From NCBI RefSeq assembly GCF_000150275.1, contig NW_002060945.1:197872-261871 (forward strand): a DNA stretch of 64,000 nucleotides. Direction: 5' to 3'. The position numbers and the translations under genes were made by a program. Of the stretch, positions 25,061 through 52,329 are shown piece after piece (within the stretch, counting starts at the first letter, position 1; each line of letters begins with the position of its first letter). This stretch comes from Trichoplax adhaerens (lineage: Eukaryota > Animalia > Placozoa). The notes under the pieces were generated by a model. The model was not told the origin of the DNA. It saw nothing but the letters and a program-made list of their open reading frames with translations, and searched no databases.

Positions 25061-26931
25061 AAAGGAATCTTACTGGTAGAAACTATAAAGTGACGCAACA
25101 TGGCAAATTGGCATGACATATTGATCGGTTGTACACCATATCATTACTCTCTATTCAAATGTTCTAAAGTAGGTCTGTAAAATTGCAGCCAACAGTTAGC
25201 AAAACTACTAATTTTCACAAACGTATGTAAAAAAGTGCAATTTAACAACAGGAAACAATGCAGCCTTGAATAATAATAATTTAAGTTTATTTCCAATTGA
25301 TAGAATCATTTTTATCGTTTTAAATATGACTATTCGACACGATAAATCAATAGCACAGCACTGGAAAATAGATAGAAATCACAACATCATTGAAAAAAAA
25401 GAAACTATCCGTTAATATGGAATATAATGTAGCAGCTATTTGAAAAATACTTAGTAACTATAACGGCTGTCCTGTTAGATGTGAACTACTTTAGCACAAA
25501 ACCGGAATCCTATCCAGAGTGGATAGAAAATTATTGCTTTCCAATTAAAATGAATTAAAGCGATATCATGATCTAAGTTTTGATAATATCTTAATTCTAT
25601 CAACAAAAAACATAAAATTGATATTGGGAATAAAATACGGTAGATAATAATCATATGGATTAGAATGCATAATTATATAAATCATACACTTATTTATGGG
25701 AAGCAGTAGAAGTCATCAATAAATGACCATAATAAATACGGTGCTAAAATTAAGAATCGATCAAATTATCAACCAATTTATCAAATCGATTGCTATTTGA
25801 TTTGTGTCATTCAAAACTGTATACATAAAACGCAGATATGATGCGAGATATCTTTAGGTGATGAAATATGGAGAATAATGATATCAATTATTAGATTAAG
25901 AAGAATAAGAATAATATTAATAACAATAATAATTAGTACAATAATTAAAATCACAATAACAATAATTAATTGTTACGCAGTCATGGTATCAACTAAGGTG
26001 TTGGAAAGATATACTGCAAAATCTTTAAATCATAACAAAGTAATACCAATTCGTATCACAACTACATCAAGCGTACTCGTCATGGCAGCAAAATTGAATT
26101 TAGAGAGCACTCAAATTGTTAATGTTATTCATTTCTATGTACAAGTGGATGATAGAAACAGAACAAGTTGATAGAGTGGCAAAATAACTAAAATAATAAC
26201 TAAGAAAAAAAAGTTAATGAATCCTATTTTTAAAAATGAAACTGCTTTTTGATCACTCTTAAGGCTGGTATATTTCACATTTCTTGGAAAATATTCATTA
26301 ATACACAATGGCTATCAGATCTATTCTTAAAATTTTATACCGGAGGTTTTTTACACTTACTTTTGCGATCAAAGTGTAACACAAATAAAATCAACTAATT
26401 TACTCTAATTAACTGCTTTAGTCCCTAATTCTTTTACAGTTTCGAAGAAAATAATATACTTTGCGTCATTAAATATGTAAGAGTTTGAACCAATACATGC
26501 TGTCTGATAAAAGTATCATGAACTTCACTACAACAAGATCAAATTATGAATAAAATATGCCTTTTGTTCAAAAGATTAACTGCCGGGTTATTATTTATTA
26601 TGGAAATATACTAATTAAAAAAAAAACTTGATCTTGCGAAGGTGTTACGCGATGCAGCCAGCTTTAAAATCAATCATTATATTAATGATAGTGTTATTAA
26701 GGATGTTGCACTTTGCAATGATTATTATTCAGTCTAAAACAAGGATTTTGGTTTGAGTGAAGTTGGATTTACAAATAGATTTAGCCATGGAAATGTAAAG
26801 GGTTCATATTATGTCCGGATTTTCAATGAAGAATAATTTCTCCAACGAATTTCTTATCAAGCGATGATAATTTGCCGTTAGAGATTACTCTATTTCCGTT
26901 CACTTTCATTAAAGAAAATGGATATTTTCGA

Positions 26932-40149
<13,218 letters not shown>

Positions 40150-42503
40150 ATTGCTAATAGAGAATCTGCTAATAATTATCAAAGGAGATAATCATCTACT
40201 AATGTCAGCTGGCCAGCCAAAAAAAAAATTAAGGGTAAAGAAGGAGTAAGAGAGGCAGATTATTTCAGCTTAAGCAAATCAAAAATTAGCTCTCTTGTTG
40301 CGTTGCTCGTCGTTGTAAAGCTACTATTTGTCTTCTTATGCTCCTCTTACTGCATCTAATTCCCCTCCTCTCTGTCTACAGCTATTTATTCATCTTGACA
40401 ATTTAGTTTTATTCTTTTTTTATATCCTGGCTGAATAAAATAGTCTATTCTAAAAAGTATAGACGAGGGGTGCAAATAAACCAATAATGATTGACAGGAT
40501 GCTAACGATAGTGCTCTAGCTTAGCTTGCAATCAACTATGGGATTGTATTCATTCAAATCAATTGAAAGTAATTCAAGCTGTGACGTTAATACAGTATTG
40601 ACAAATTTCAATGCGGTAAATAGTAATTATTTAATCGGTTGTTGTTAAACAGGTTAGAAAAAGTTTAAACAATGCAATTTGTTCAATAGCAGTTATTGTC
40701 TATCATCAATCGATAGACGTTGAGGCAACAGTTTTGATCGCTTTTCAATAATCAGTCTAATGGCCAATTAAGAAGTCAACACCTCCTAAAATTCGCATAT
40801 TGATTAGAATTGCTGTGGTTGCTTTTTATATTTTAATTGTTTTTGTTATTTCTAATTTTGATCAGATCATCATGCAGAGATATTTGCTCACTTTGGCCTC
40901 ATGTCGATCGATTAATGTGTATAGAGATATGCCGCTGTGTATATTCTATTCAATCAATTAGTATCATTGATTATTTTTCCTTGATTTTAAAATGTCATCG
41001 TTTAGATCTAGTTTAAAAAGATAACCTTACTAAAGAGTGATCACAGTAGGACAAAAAGATCTATTTATGAATAACAGAAGATAGATAGAGAGGGAAAATT
41101 TTCCAAAAAGTATAGATAGTACTATCGATCAAATCAACGGATCAATAGCTATGTGTTGTTATTGATTTCAACAATGATAATTTTGATCAGACGATTAATT
41201 ATTCTCATGATACATCTTCCCCCTAAAACCTTAAACACTTGTTTTGTATTTTACTTATTAGTGTGTTGATAAAAAAAAAGTTTAATCACTACATAGAATT
41301 AGACAGACTGCCTATGCCTTCATTTGTAGCAATAGAGTAAAATATTCTAATATTAGTTTAAGCTATTAACAAATAAATCATTTCTTATCAAACAATCAAT
41401 CCTCACTAATCAGTCATTATATAGATTATCGATTGACTAGACATCGATTGAGCTTGAATTCAATATTTTTCCTTCATTGATGACAGATAAATTTGATCGT
41501 TTATACAAATTGACATTTACTTTCTTAAACCTTTACACCTAAAGAGTGGCCCAATAGAAAGGAAATTGATATACAACAACTATTTTGTTCGAGAGTTGCT
41601 ATTGTTATCATAATTGAAAAGATGGCTACTAAAATGAATATTTACCTACTTTGAGACGATTTTAAAATAATAATAAGATGTCTACCAACTTTTTTATATA
41701 TTAAACAGTATAATTTGCCTTAGCAGGCTCTGTTGCATTATCAGAAAATGCTGATTAGGCATTCGTCTACACTAACAAATAATATAACATTAAATTTTAT
41801 TTTAGCAAGTTGTTACTGGCCATTGAAATATTTTAAAGTTTTATTTAGACTGGTTACTCGATAGGATGGTATTGATATACTCATCACAGCCGAAATAGTT
41901 TTATATTGAGAGGGAAAGTCATTTGCGTTATGTTCTCTATCGCGACCCTAGGTCAATCATGCAATGCTCGGTTAGACATAGCAAAGTAGCCTGATGCGTG
42001 GAGTCCACTTCTTTATTGTGGGTTGCCTTTCCCACAAGTGATATATATATTACATACGTATTAGTAAATTACTAGTGAACGTACCAATACAGTTACGATA
42101 TTAGTATCTTACGGTTATCTTATCAGTTAGGCAGCTATGCAATTTATCTGCCCTAATTCCTAGGCATTACCAGTCTATCATACATAACAATTTGGATAAT
42201 ATCTGGAGCAGAATGTAGTTATTTGATACAGTCAGTAAATCGGCTAATAATATCTTTCTAAATACAACACTTGTTTAACTTTTAAGTTGACACTCTCTTC
42301 CTAATTGATTCCAATTATGATCAAATAGAAAAATTGATTATCTCTTGCTCATTATAATAAGATGATTGCCATCTCCGGCTGTGAGTAGAACAAATGATTT
42401 TTAACCTACCGTACTGATCTTTCGTCTTGGGATGATTTCTAAAATGACGATAAACTGATTTTTATAGCGACTTTATGAGGAGCCATTTTTAGAAATAATT
42501 TCC

Positions 42504-42860
42504 GTACTCTAGATTACCATTTGTTATCAACAGTCTATTACATATTCGCAACAACTTTAAAGCTTGAATCTAAGCTTATCCACTGAAATTGATACGATAA
42601 GCCACATATCTAAGTACGAATGTAGAGTTTAATCAATCAAAATAGAATAATATCAAGATTAAGGAGCATTAAATAGTACTCTAGATTAGAATTTGTTATC
42701 AACAGTCTATTATTTATTCGCTATAACTTTAAAGCTTGAATCTAAACTTGTCCATTGAGGCTTATATGATAAATCACATATCTGAGTACAAATGTAGAGT
42801 TTAATCAATAAAAATAAAGTAATTCTAAGATTAAGGAGCATTAAGTAGTACTTTAGATTA
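42504..42860. repeat. Tandem duplication, 172 bp unit, 2 copies plus the start of a third
   Basis: gtact(c/t)tagatta starts at 42504, 42676 and 42848. Shared blocks tttgttatcaacagtctatta, actttaaagcttgaatctaa, atgtagagtttaatcaat and aagattaaggagcattaa. Confidence 0.93.
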
Positions 42861-45800
42861 CTTTAAGATATTCATAAAATTGTCTTGATAGTTATGTTTA
42901 ATTAAATTGAACTAAATCCATGTCAGTTATATTCTATAGCGGGAATATGTGTATAATGTAATTGATTAGCAACGCCCAGCTAGGTGTGGTATGCAAGATC
43001 AATATGACGAAATGATTTTCATCGCTGTCATGTTTATTTTCATATGCATTGCAATAAATTAGCGATGTGCCGTACAAAGCAAAACTATGGGATAAATAGA
43101 TAAAACTATAACAGAATCTAGGCTCTAAATTTCAGTGTACAATTTATCAACCAAGACAGGTACTCTATCATTATGCTGAAATAAATTTATAATATAAATG
43201 CTACGAGAATGGGGTCTGAGTTAGTAGCTGAATACAAAACGGAAGCGTGTACAATAGCTATAGTACGAATACGTGTATAGAACAAGTTCAGCAGAGAATC
43301 ATTTATTTCTGTTCGTACTGAATTATAAAAATGGATTATATCGGGCTGTCATGAGAGAGATTCTTCGCTGCCTTATATAGTAGTTATTACTGGCAATAGA
43401 TCTTATAATAGCAATATAAAGTCACTTCGCTTGTACATGTTTTAACTTTGACTTCTGTTACTGCTTTTGCATGCTATATCTGTTTTTTCTAGCATGATTG
43501 ATACTAGTAATTATCACAGTTAAAGAAACTTAAGTGTGTTCTATTTATGCATAATATTGAAAAAGTTAGATAACTTCGGTGTTTAACTTTCTGTATCGAT
43601 GATCTGAGTTCACGGTTATTCTTCTATTTTTCAAATATTTATGGTTCACAATTGAGATATTTCTCTGAGTAAAGTTTCTGTTACAGTGTATCAACAGGGC
43701 GTAAACTACTTTGGACTATTAGGTGAGGTATTACGTTTAATTTTATATCATTCTTTTTTGAAGTATTGCAGCTGCAGTTGATTCTAACTCTTTACGTTCT
43801 TAATGCCACTATAATTATTGCAACGTCCATTTAGAATAATTAAAATTTGTATATTTACTTTGCCATTTGCAATAGAATAGATTTCCGTACTACTATGAAA
43901 TATGAATTAGTTATACTACTTTAAGGTTGGCTGATACTTTCGGGTAATAAATAGACTATGATTTTGTGAAAGTGACATCCGGTTGGTGATTTATGATGCC
44001 AATTTAAGAAATATGAGCATGATGTAACAGTATCGGATAGGATTATTGCCGATTCTTTATCCACCAATTTCAATCGCTATAGCTGTGCTTGTTGTTTCGT
44101 AAGAGTAATGTGACTTTATTGATAGTCCTGTTTGCGATACTGCAATTGAATTATTTTCTATACAGAATCTAGCTGCTTGTACCCGTAAATACAGCAATCA
44201 TGTAATGCAATAGAACGCAATCTTTTAGCTAGTCTAAGCTAACCAATTGCGCTTTGTTCTCTACTAATTCGTATTAACATACAGTAACACTACAGTACAT
44301 GCATCCTTTTTCAAAAGAGTTAAGCAACAGACTCTTTAATCATTTTACTCTTGCAAAAGCAGGTAATTACGGCGAATCCTAATAATTTTTAGTTGTAATA
44401 TGTCCTAAGTTCAGATATGGTAACTAAAATAATAGACAAGACGAGTTTGATTAGAGGCAGACTATGGTGTAAATAATAAATGCTTTGATACCTACAATCC
44501 TTTGGATCATGATTTATCCTATGTAAATTTGATATCCGAACTTTGACAGCTACCAATAATTTACTAATACTTTATGATAGCGCAATGATCAAAAGCTAAT
44601 ATTACTATTGAAAATAGTTCGTATGCAGTTGAACTCATTAATCAATAGTTGTTATTACGCTTTGCCAGAGAACCGTAACTTTGCTATTGAAATCAAATAA
44701 TCTACATTATACGAGTCTTTATTATTAAATTGTGGCCAGATTATGATTGATCATATTTGGATACATTCTAATCATGTGATATTTGCTAGGTTAGCCATAG
44801 TACTGTATAGTATGATCGTAACCTTTCAATTGTGCATGTGAAATCAAGTCTTGATATATTTTAATACTATTTACTCAAATTTAGAACATTTAAAAAGTAC
44901 TTACTGTAAAATAATGGATTAAATATTCCATTTTTTTCGTCTTTTGCATTTCTGCATAACTGCCTACTTATTCATTTTGAGCCAAGTAGCAATATCAAAA
45001 GTATACTATGTAACTGAGTGAATTATTGTATAATTTTTATGACACAGGGATGCGTACAAGTACTGGTTCCGTATATTTCAGGCAGGCAGTTTTTTGATTT
45101 CATCAGATGGAATATTTTTTTCTATAAAGTTATACATAAAAAATTGATTGCTACAGCTAATGACTATGCCGTAATTGGTAATAAATTGAATTGAATATTG
45201 TTGATATTACTGTGCTGCCTAAAATTTCCGTCAAGTATAATTTCGATCTTAGTGTGATGTCAATTTCTACCATCAATCAACTATTCGTAGACGCGTATTA
45301 ATTAAATCGTCCTATTCGTCAGAGTGTAAAACTCATTAATCACAAGGGTATTTTAATCATTTCTTGACATTTTGGATAGATACAAAGGAAATTTAGAATG
45401 ATATGGCTCATTGGTATATTAACAGTAGGTATTATCAATCAAAATAGTATGTAGTGTTGCATAATTATAATACAATTAGTGAAGTATGACTATGATGCAG
45501 GCGTTCTACTCCTCCCCTTTTCCTCCTGTTTCACGAATAGCTTCCACATATGTTGTAGTTGACTTTAAATGATTTTATTATTTTTGAATTCATAACGTAT
45601 TTTAGTTGTGTATTGGTTAATTTTTTGTATTTGTTTTACTCGTTCAACATCTGATAGCTTTTTATAGGTGATCCTATTGAGGTTTTAGTATTTTAATAAC
45701 TCATTCCAACTTAGAATCTATTGATCATGATTATGATAAGGTAGTTATAGGACAATATTTGTATGGAGTGTAATTTTCTTTATATCCGAAAAATGGGGTC

Positions 45801-46200
45801 TTTTCAGACCTGAAGCCAGTTTAGAAGCTTAGCGTGAAATAGATTGCATCATTTCGAAATATGGATAATTTAAACATTGCTGCAGTGTGCTATACTATTG
45901 ACAAGAACATTTACCATTCTCTAAATAGCCAGCCAACAACGTTGGATCTAATAACGAGGCGTTTATCTAAGCATTACCGGATTAAAAATCTTCTATCTTT
46001 GAACTAATGAAGAAGGAAAATAGTGTAATAACTAAGAATACGCATTGGAAGTTGAGATATTTTCCTTGCTGTTACAGTAGTCGTGTCAAATATACGTGTG
46101 AAATATAAATTTAAGCAGGAATGGCGAATGGTTATGTTGACGTTAACCAACGGAAAAAAGTATAGAGTATGTGTATGTACATATTAAGCATAACTATGCG

Positions 46201-46227
46201 TATATATATATATAGAGAGAGAGAGAG
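46201..46227. repeat. Compound (TA)n(GA)n microsatellite
   Basis: tatatatatatatagagagagagagag. Confidence 0.85.
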
Positions 46228-46375
46228 GCGGGTAGACGTGTATTTTGTTGAAAGGAGAGAGCATAGTATGAGGAATATTCTATAGGAGTTAAGATATAGC
46301 TCACAGACGCAGTACCGGCGAAATAGTTAACAAATTGCATATGGCAATGAAACCAAAGCAAAAACATAGTAGAAT

Positions 46376-46582
46376 TGCTAATACCAGAGACTACTCTTTA
46401 GACTTTTTGGATATTTTAAAAAAATGAACATTTTCGATGAGAAAATAGTCAAGTCTAATCGATTGCTGGCAGCAGACTTGCTATTACCAGCAATTATTCT
46501 TTAGACTCCTTGCTGATACTACGGGCATTATAGATTTTTGAGAATGAACATTTTTAATGAGAAAATGAGGAAGTTTAATCGA
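46376..46582. repeat. Degenerate two-copy tandem duplication (~100-120 bp)
   Basis: tgcta.taccag....ta.tctttagact...aatgaacatttt..atgagaaaat....aagt.taatcga occurs twice. Confidence 0.75.
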
Positions 46583-47528
46583 CGCTATTGTATTGCAGTC
46601 TCTGTACACCAGTAGTTGATTTACTGACTAGCAGATTCATAACGAGTATTTTGGTGATCAATTCATTAAAATTGTGACGTGTAACGAAGGCTATTTCTGA
46701 TCGTAAGTTTAACAATGTATGGGAACAACTTTATGAAATTAGTTAAGCACCAACATACTATCCAAGTCGAGCTGTATATTGAATACGCATTTTATCTATG
46801 CTCTGTGAGAGTACGTGTTGAGCTCTATCATACCATGTTAATTTACTGTACTACAGCTTAGTAATATGGTGGCAGCAGTGCAACTATATTACTAGTTTAA
46901 TGACGTCCTATCGCTTTTTTTTTGACAGAGACCGCTGTTGTGTATTGAGTAAAAGAAAGCCTATAATCAATTACAGTATACGATAACCACAGTTCACTTT
47001 TCAATAGAATAATTATATATAAATAGATATACTGTACTCGCAGACAGATATCACAATTCTAGCATAACCGATATACTCGTATGCATCCATGCATTTCACA
47101 AATAACATAATTCACTCTAGTGTGATCAATAATAAGTTATAAGAAAACGTAGATTGAATTAAAGCATCTTTTGAGCCGTTAGCGAGTGTATTATCCAATA
47201 TATGCTATACCTGCATATAATATTTATCGTATATTATGGTGATAAGGTCATTTAAAATATAATCATCAAACAAAGAAATTGCAGTTTCTTGTACACTTCG
47301 CTTTATTACATAAACTAGTACAGTAAGTAGCATGGATTATTTGATTTTCATTTTAAGCTAATTAAGGGCTGCCCTACAATCATGCAAGCGTATATACGTA
47401 TATAATGAATCAACTCAATGGAATCTAGCATAGACAAGAAGGAAACCATGTCTCCATCTTAATATGGCTGGACGGGATTGTGTACCAGGTAGTACAGTAG
47501 TCGTCGTTGGTAGTGGGGGCCCGTTTGT

Positions 47529-48239
47529 GCACTTTCTTAACTCAGTCAATTAGAGTACAACTATAATACTGTACACTTGGACATTTATATTGAACTACTT
47601 AGTAGAGGGGTCTCTCTCGATCTGCCAAGTTCCATTCGATGATTATTAATTCTTGTTACGGCCCGTTAAATTGAAATAAAGTAAAGACAAAGTAGAAATA
47701 GTTCACCTTGGAGCGTACAGTATCTCTACTTTATTTTCTGATTCTTTTTGTAGAATAGTAGACAAGATACAAGGGCACTTTGTCAGCTCAGTCCATTAGA
47801 ATATAACTATAGTCCTATACACTTGGACATTTATACTGGACAGTAGAGGGGTCTCTGTCGATCTGCTAAGTTCCTTTCTATGATTATTAATGTTAAGACC
47901 CGTTAAATTGAAATGAAGTGAAGGCAAAGTAGAAGTAGTTTACCTTGGAGCGTACAGTATCTCTACTTTATTTTGGAATCCTTTTTGTAGAATAGCAGAC
48001 AAGATGCAAAGGCACTTTGTCAACTTAGTCAATTAGAGTACAACTATAATACTGTATAGTGTACAGTAGAGAGGCCTGTGTCGATCTGCCAAGTTCCATT
48101 CGATGATTATTAATTATTGTTACGACCCGTTCAATTGAAATAAAATGAAGGTAAAGTAGAACTAGTTCTGCTTGGAGAGTACAGTATCTCTACTTTATTT
48201 TCTGATTCTTTTAGTAGAATAGTAGACAAGATACAAGGG
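47529..48239. repeat. Tandem repeat, ~230-245 bp unit, 3 copies
   Basis: Copies start near 47529, 47775 and 48012. Shared blocks agtc.attaga.ta.aactata, tcgatctgc.aagttcc, cccgtt.aattgaaat, cttggag.gtacagtatctctactttatttt and gtagaatag.agacaagat.caa. Confidence 0.95.
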
Positions 48240-48849
48240 TATGCAGACTGTCATGAAATTAGAATTTCAACTTAGAATTCGCTATTCCAGAGCCAGATAT
48301 CCACTGACAAGACGGAAGGACATCTGCTATCCTCTATACTACAGTACAACTGTAGTAGCTAGACTCCGGACCACGACGTTACTTCGATTCAAAATGGAGA
48401 AAATGTACTTGCTGCACTGACTGCTTCCACACTGTAACCAGTAGACCACAACGATGTTGTACTTTTCCACTAGTATGATGTCGTAAAGGATTACTAACTA
48501 CTCTGTAATAGAGTCAGACGACTGTGAAGTCTACTGACAAGGACTACTCTACTAAATAATGAAAAAATTTTGATTTTAGTGGAGTAGTCCGTTCTAATGA
48601 ACTACATGGTAATAGCTTATTTATTATGGCTATAAGTGTGTATACAGCCCTCAAAACAAGCTTATTAAACAGCAAGTGGAGACTTTATTATTAGGTCTTT
48701 AAACCTTCTATGCTTGAGATTGTACTATTACTCTAGACTCAGCAATCAGCGGTCCCTGCGCCCAACTATAATGGAGTCATTTCTTTTTCTTGATCAGAGA
48801 GAAGGACAAGAAGTAGCCATGGAGTAGAAAATAAGGCGAGCACTTGTCA

Positions 48850-49279
48850 TTTTTCTGGTCATTCTACTATACGCTAGCACTGAAAGCGTGTACTAAAGCA
48901 ACGCATTCGCTCGTGAGAGGATGACCATCGTAGTCACTGTAGAGTGTATCGTTTAAGATAGACATTTCAGTTAAAATGACCAGCAATTTAGTCGGTTCGC
49001 CTATTTTGACTAGACGGTACCTCGGCTTTCTGTCCGCTGTCTGTCTTCTTTTGTAGCCCCTCTGGAATCACGGGTGTCAGTCTTGGTCAGAAGGACGGAT
49101 AGACAGCACCGATTCGTCGACCTCCACCGTGAAGAGAGAGAATAACATCCATTAATAAATAACTCGACGCTGCGTTGACGTAATAAGAGGAAAAAGCAAA
49201 TCTTTCTTCCACATCCAAGTCTATATCATTTCTCCTCCTCCAAATTGGCCAATCTAGCACTTACTGATTGCTTTGAAAG
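48850..49279 (+). promoter_or_regulatory. GC/CpG-enriched promoter region and putative non-coding first exon of the coiled-coil gene
   Basis: Local rise in GC and CpG, CRE-like TTGACGTAA (49175-49183), palindromic ATTGGCCAAT (49244-49253), strong donor gaaag|gtatgt at 49280. Further candidate UTR exons at ~53126-53323 and ~54381-54531. Confidence 0.45.
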
Positions 49280-52200
49280 GTATGTAAAAACAGCCGATTC
49301 TATTCAAGAGTTGAAAATCAATCTTTTCCATCTTTAAACGTGTCATAGTCGTGTCAAAGTGCTCTCCCTCAGTCACTGCAAGTTAATTAGCCGGTGTTGA
49401 TGCAAGTTGATTAGCATTGGCGAATGCTAATGGACACCGCTTGATTTCATTTTCACTCCATCATTGCACAGCAGGGCATTTTACATTAGAATGATGATTT
49501 TAAAATGACTTGATGATAGCAATCATTTTTGAACTGTACTGTCGAAAGGAACAGTTGATTTCTTTCGCTGTCTCGATCGATAGGACTACTGTACACTTGT
49601 ACAATGTACAGTAAGATGGAGGCTCTAGTCTTGATGTCGAATACAAGAGTCAAGTTAAATAACATAAAAAATGGTTGAAAATATGGATACAAGTCTGTAG
49701 ATTGCCGATGCAGTACCTTGTGTCTAGTCTAGTTTAGTGTGTTAATTGGTCAAGACAGAGTCATATCCTAAGTAGGCTAAGATAACCTTGTCTATGGAGA
49801 AATTTCTTCAGATCGCGTTCAACTACAGTACTGTACAAATTGTACAAATGGACAAGCATCGAGTAGAGCAATAATCCATCTCAAAATGCCATCATCGATC
49901 ACCAGCTTTGCACACACATTCTCTCTTCTTCTATCAGTGATCGATCATGGTAGCTTGATTGTAGAATCGAAGCCCGCTAGACAGTATCCTAGTTGTGAAA
50001 GAAATCAAAATGTACCCGATTGTTCTTTCTACACCATTCATACAACTGGGTCGTTAAGAAAACATTTGCAGCTAACTTGTTTTCTCATCTATTATCCTGG
50101 GCAAATACTATTACATGTGTGTTTTACGACTCTCTATCGCTATTGAAAAAATCATCAACCTCATCGAATTAAATGGAAAAGGAATAGTCATTGTAAGAGG
50201 AAACCACGCACTATTCACTATTTTCCAATAACGATTAGCTTAAGCAATCGTCATTGATCAGTCTCTTGCTCTGACTACACCGTCAATGAATTGCGCTACC
50301 GCGAACTAAATTGCCTAAGCTGAGTAAGTGTTGACAAAGGATTGTTGATTTGACTATCCAATTGAAACATCCCATCCATCATGAGCTCCTTGGCGATTTT
50401 AGCCATCACATTCATCCAGTATCGAATAAATTTCAAAAAACAACATTCTCTCCCTACTGACTACCTACTTTACCCTATTCTCACCAGTATCTCTTGGATA
50501 TAGTACTATTTTCAACACTTTTGATCAATATACCCAATGGAACAGATACTGTAGAACTAATAACACGTTCAGTTTGAAGATTGTCAGTGGTGTTGTTAAT
50601 TTATTTCTTGGACATTTTAAAAGGCGTCAAAACCGAGATTTGTCAAGGTGAAAAGTTTTTTCTCTTATTAACTTACTCTCTCTTGACTCTTATCACAGCC
50701 GCTTTAGACTATAGAGGATTTATTTCGTCATTAATAATTTACTTTGATCGATAGCTAGTGCTACCTGATGGCGATTTTCGGATGGATCACCATGCATTGA
50801 ATGGGGTGTTGTAAGCCTTCGAGTTTTTCTTTCCCTTCACTACTCTGTTGGTCCTACCATGATGATGACTATGTAAATTTGTTCAGTTCTTGAGAAATGA
50901 GCTATCATCAGTCAAGTTAAATACGAGTAAACTTGGTGGTCTGATGATCGATACTGTATTATTGATAAGCATTTTTTGACACTATGAGTGATTAGCATTA
51001 ATACCAGGTGCTTTTTATCCGACGATAACAAGCCAATAGAATGGTTAGAAGCTATTTGAACAGGGATAGCGCCACTAACTCGATAGCCGATTGTATTACA
51101 ACTTGTCTACCATCAAAATCATGATCATCAATCATGGTACCATGGTATATTCAACATGGCATGGAATAGGATTGATTTTCAACATCGATGATTTGTTGTA
51201 GTAGGCAATTTATTATACCTATCCGATTCGATCGACGCAATTGGCTGTTAGCGGTAGGCTATAGCATCATTTCAATGGTATATAACATATGGATAGTTTA
51301 AAAAGAATTCATTTTTCTTTTCGGGGGGTTACAATATTGACTGTGATCACTCGTATTAAAACTACAAGTCATGCCAATCATATTGCTTGATTCTTGGCAA
51401 TATTTTCGGCTAATTTACGGTACATGATCACTGTATCTTGCTAGTCTTGACCGTTTGATAAGATGCTATTTTTACTATCCAACCTATTTGCTTTTCTACA
51501 ACGATGGTAGAATAGTGTCTTGCTCAATCGGAGATATTATTCTTGATGAGTATTGTTGGGTGGCAGTTATGGCGCTTACAATTAATTTATCCATGTCCGT
51601 CAAGGCTGACAGGCTATTTTCTTCCTTTCCAAAGCTGGACAAAATTCTTCTCTTTGTTATGATTTAAATAAAAAAAAAAAATAGGGGAATTTTTTTGTCC
51701 TTACAAGTGCCTACAAGTCTAGTGTATCATGGAATAGTTGAAGTTTATCACTGTAACCATCTATTGGTAAGGAATAGATCATATTATAGGTAGATGTTTC
51801 TGTTGAGGGATAATATGCTGTGCAAAGAGCTTAATTTGTGTATCGAGCACCTTTTCTATATTTCAATTCTGGCTATAACATGGTCAAGATAAGTTCTTTG
51901 TCAGAAAAATGGCTATTTTGACCGGGACCATCATATTGAAATCGACTGTACTAGATGGATAAAGCACTTCCCTTTTGATTGCTATTATTAGAGCAATTTA
52001 GCTTTCAATATACAGGAGGGGACATTAAATTGTAAGGCTAAATGGAGAGCTATGGCATGGTCCAGTAGGACAGTTATTTCTTTTCCCTCTCTCTCTTCAA
52101 TATTATTTCTCGACAATAGCCATGATTAATATCCTTGCTTTAGTGGTCAGCCTGCAAGGTATTTACAGCATTGATCATCATAATGGCGTAATATTGAAAG

Positions 52201-52329
52201 AAAAACACACGATTCATCCATGTACACCACCTGCTGCGTAATTCCTCTCCACTAATTTAACCTGCAAAATATTCAATATCGACTCTTCTAAGGAAAAAGT
52301 TCTTTTGGGGGCCATTTTGGAATTTACAA

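Noticed and set aside
25878-26171. 97-aa Ile/Thr-rich ORF
   Set aside because: Product of an AAT-rich low-complexity tract antisense to the probable IGF2BP 3' UTR.
46246-46261. GTTGAAAGGAGAGA, resembling the U6atac 5' region
   Set aside because: The downstream U6atac stem-loop sequence is absent.
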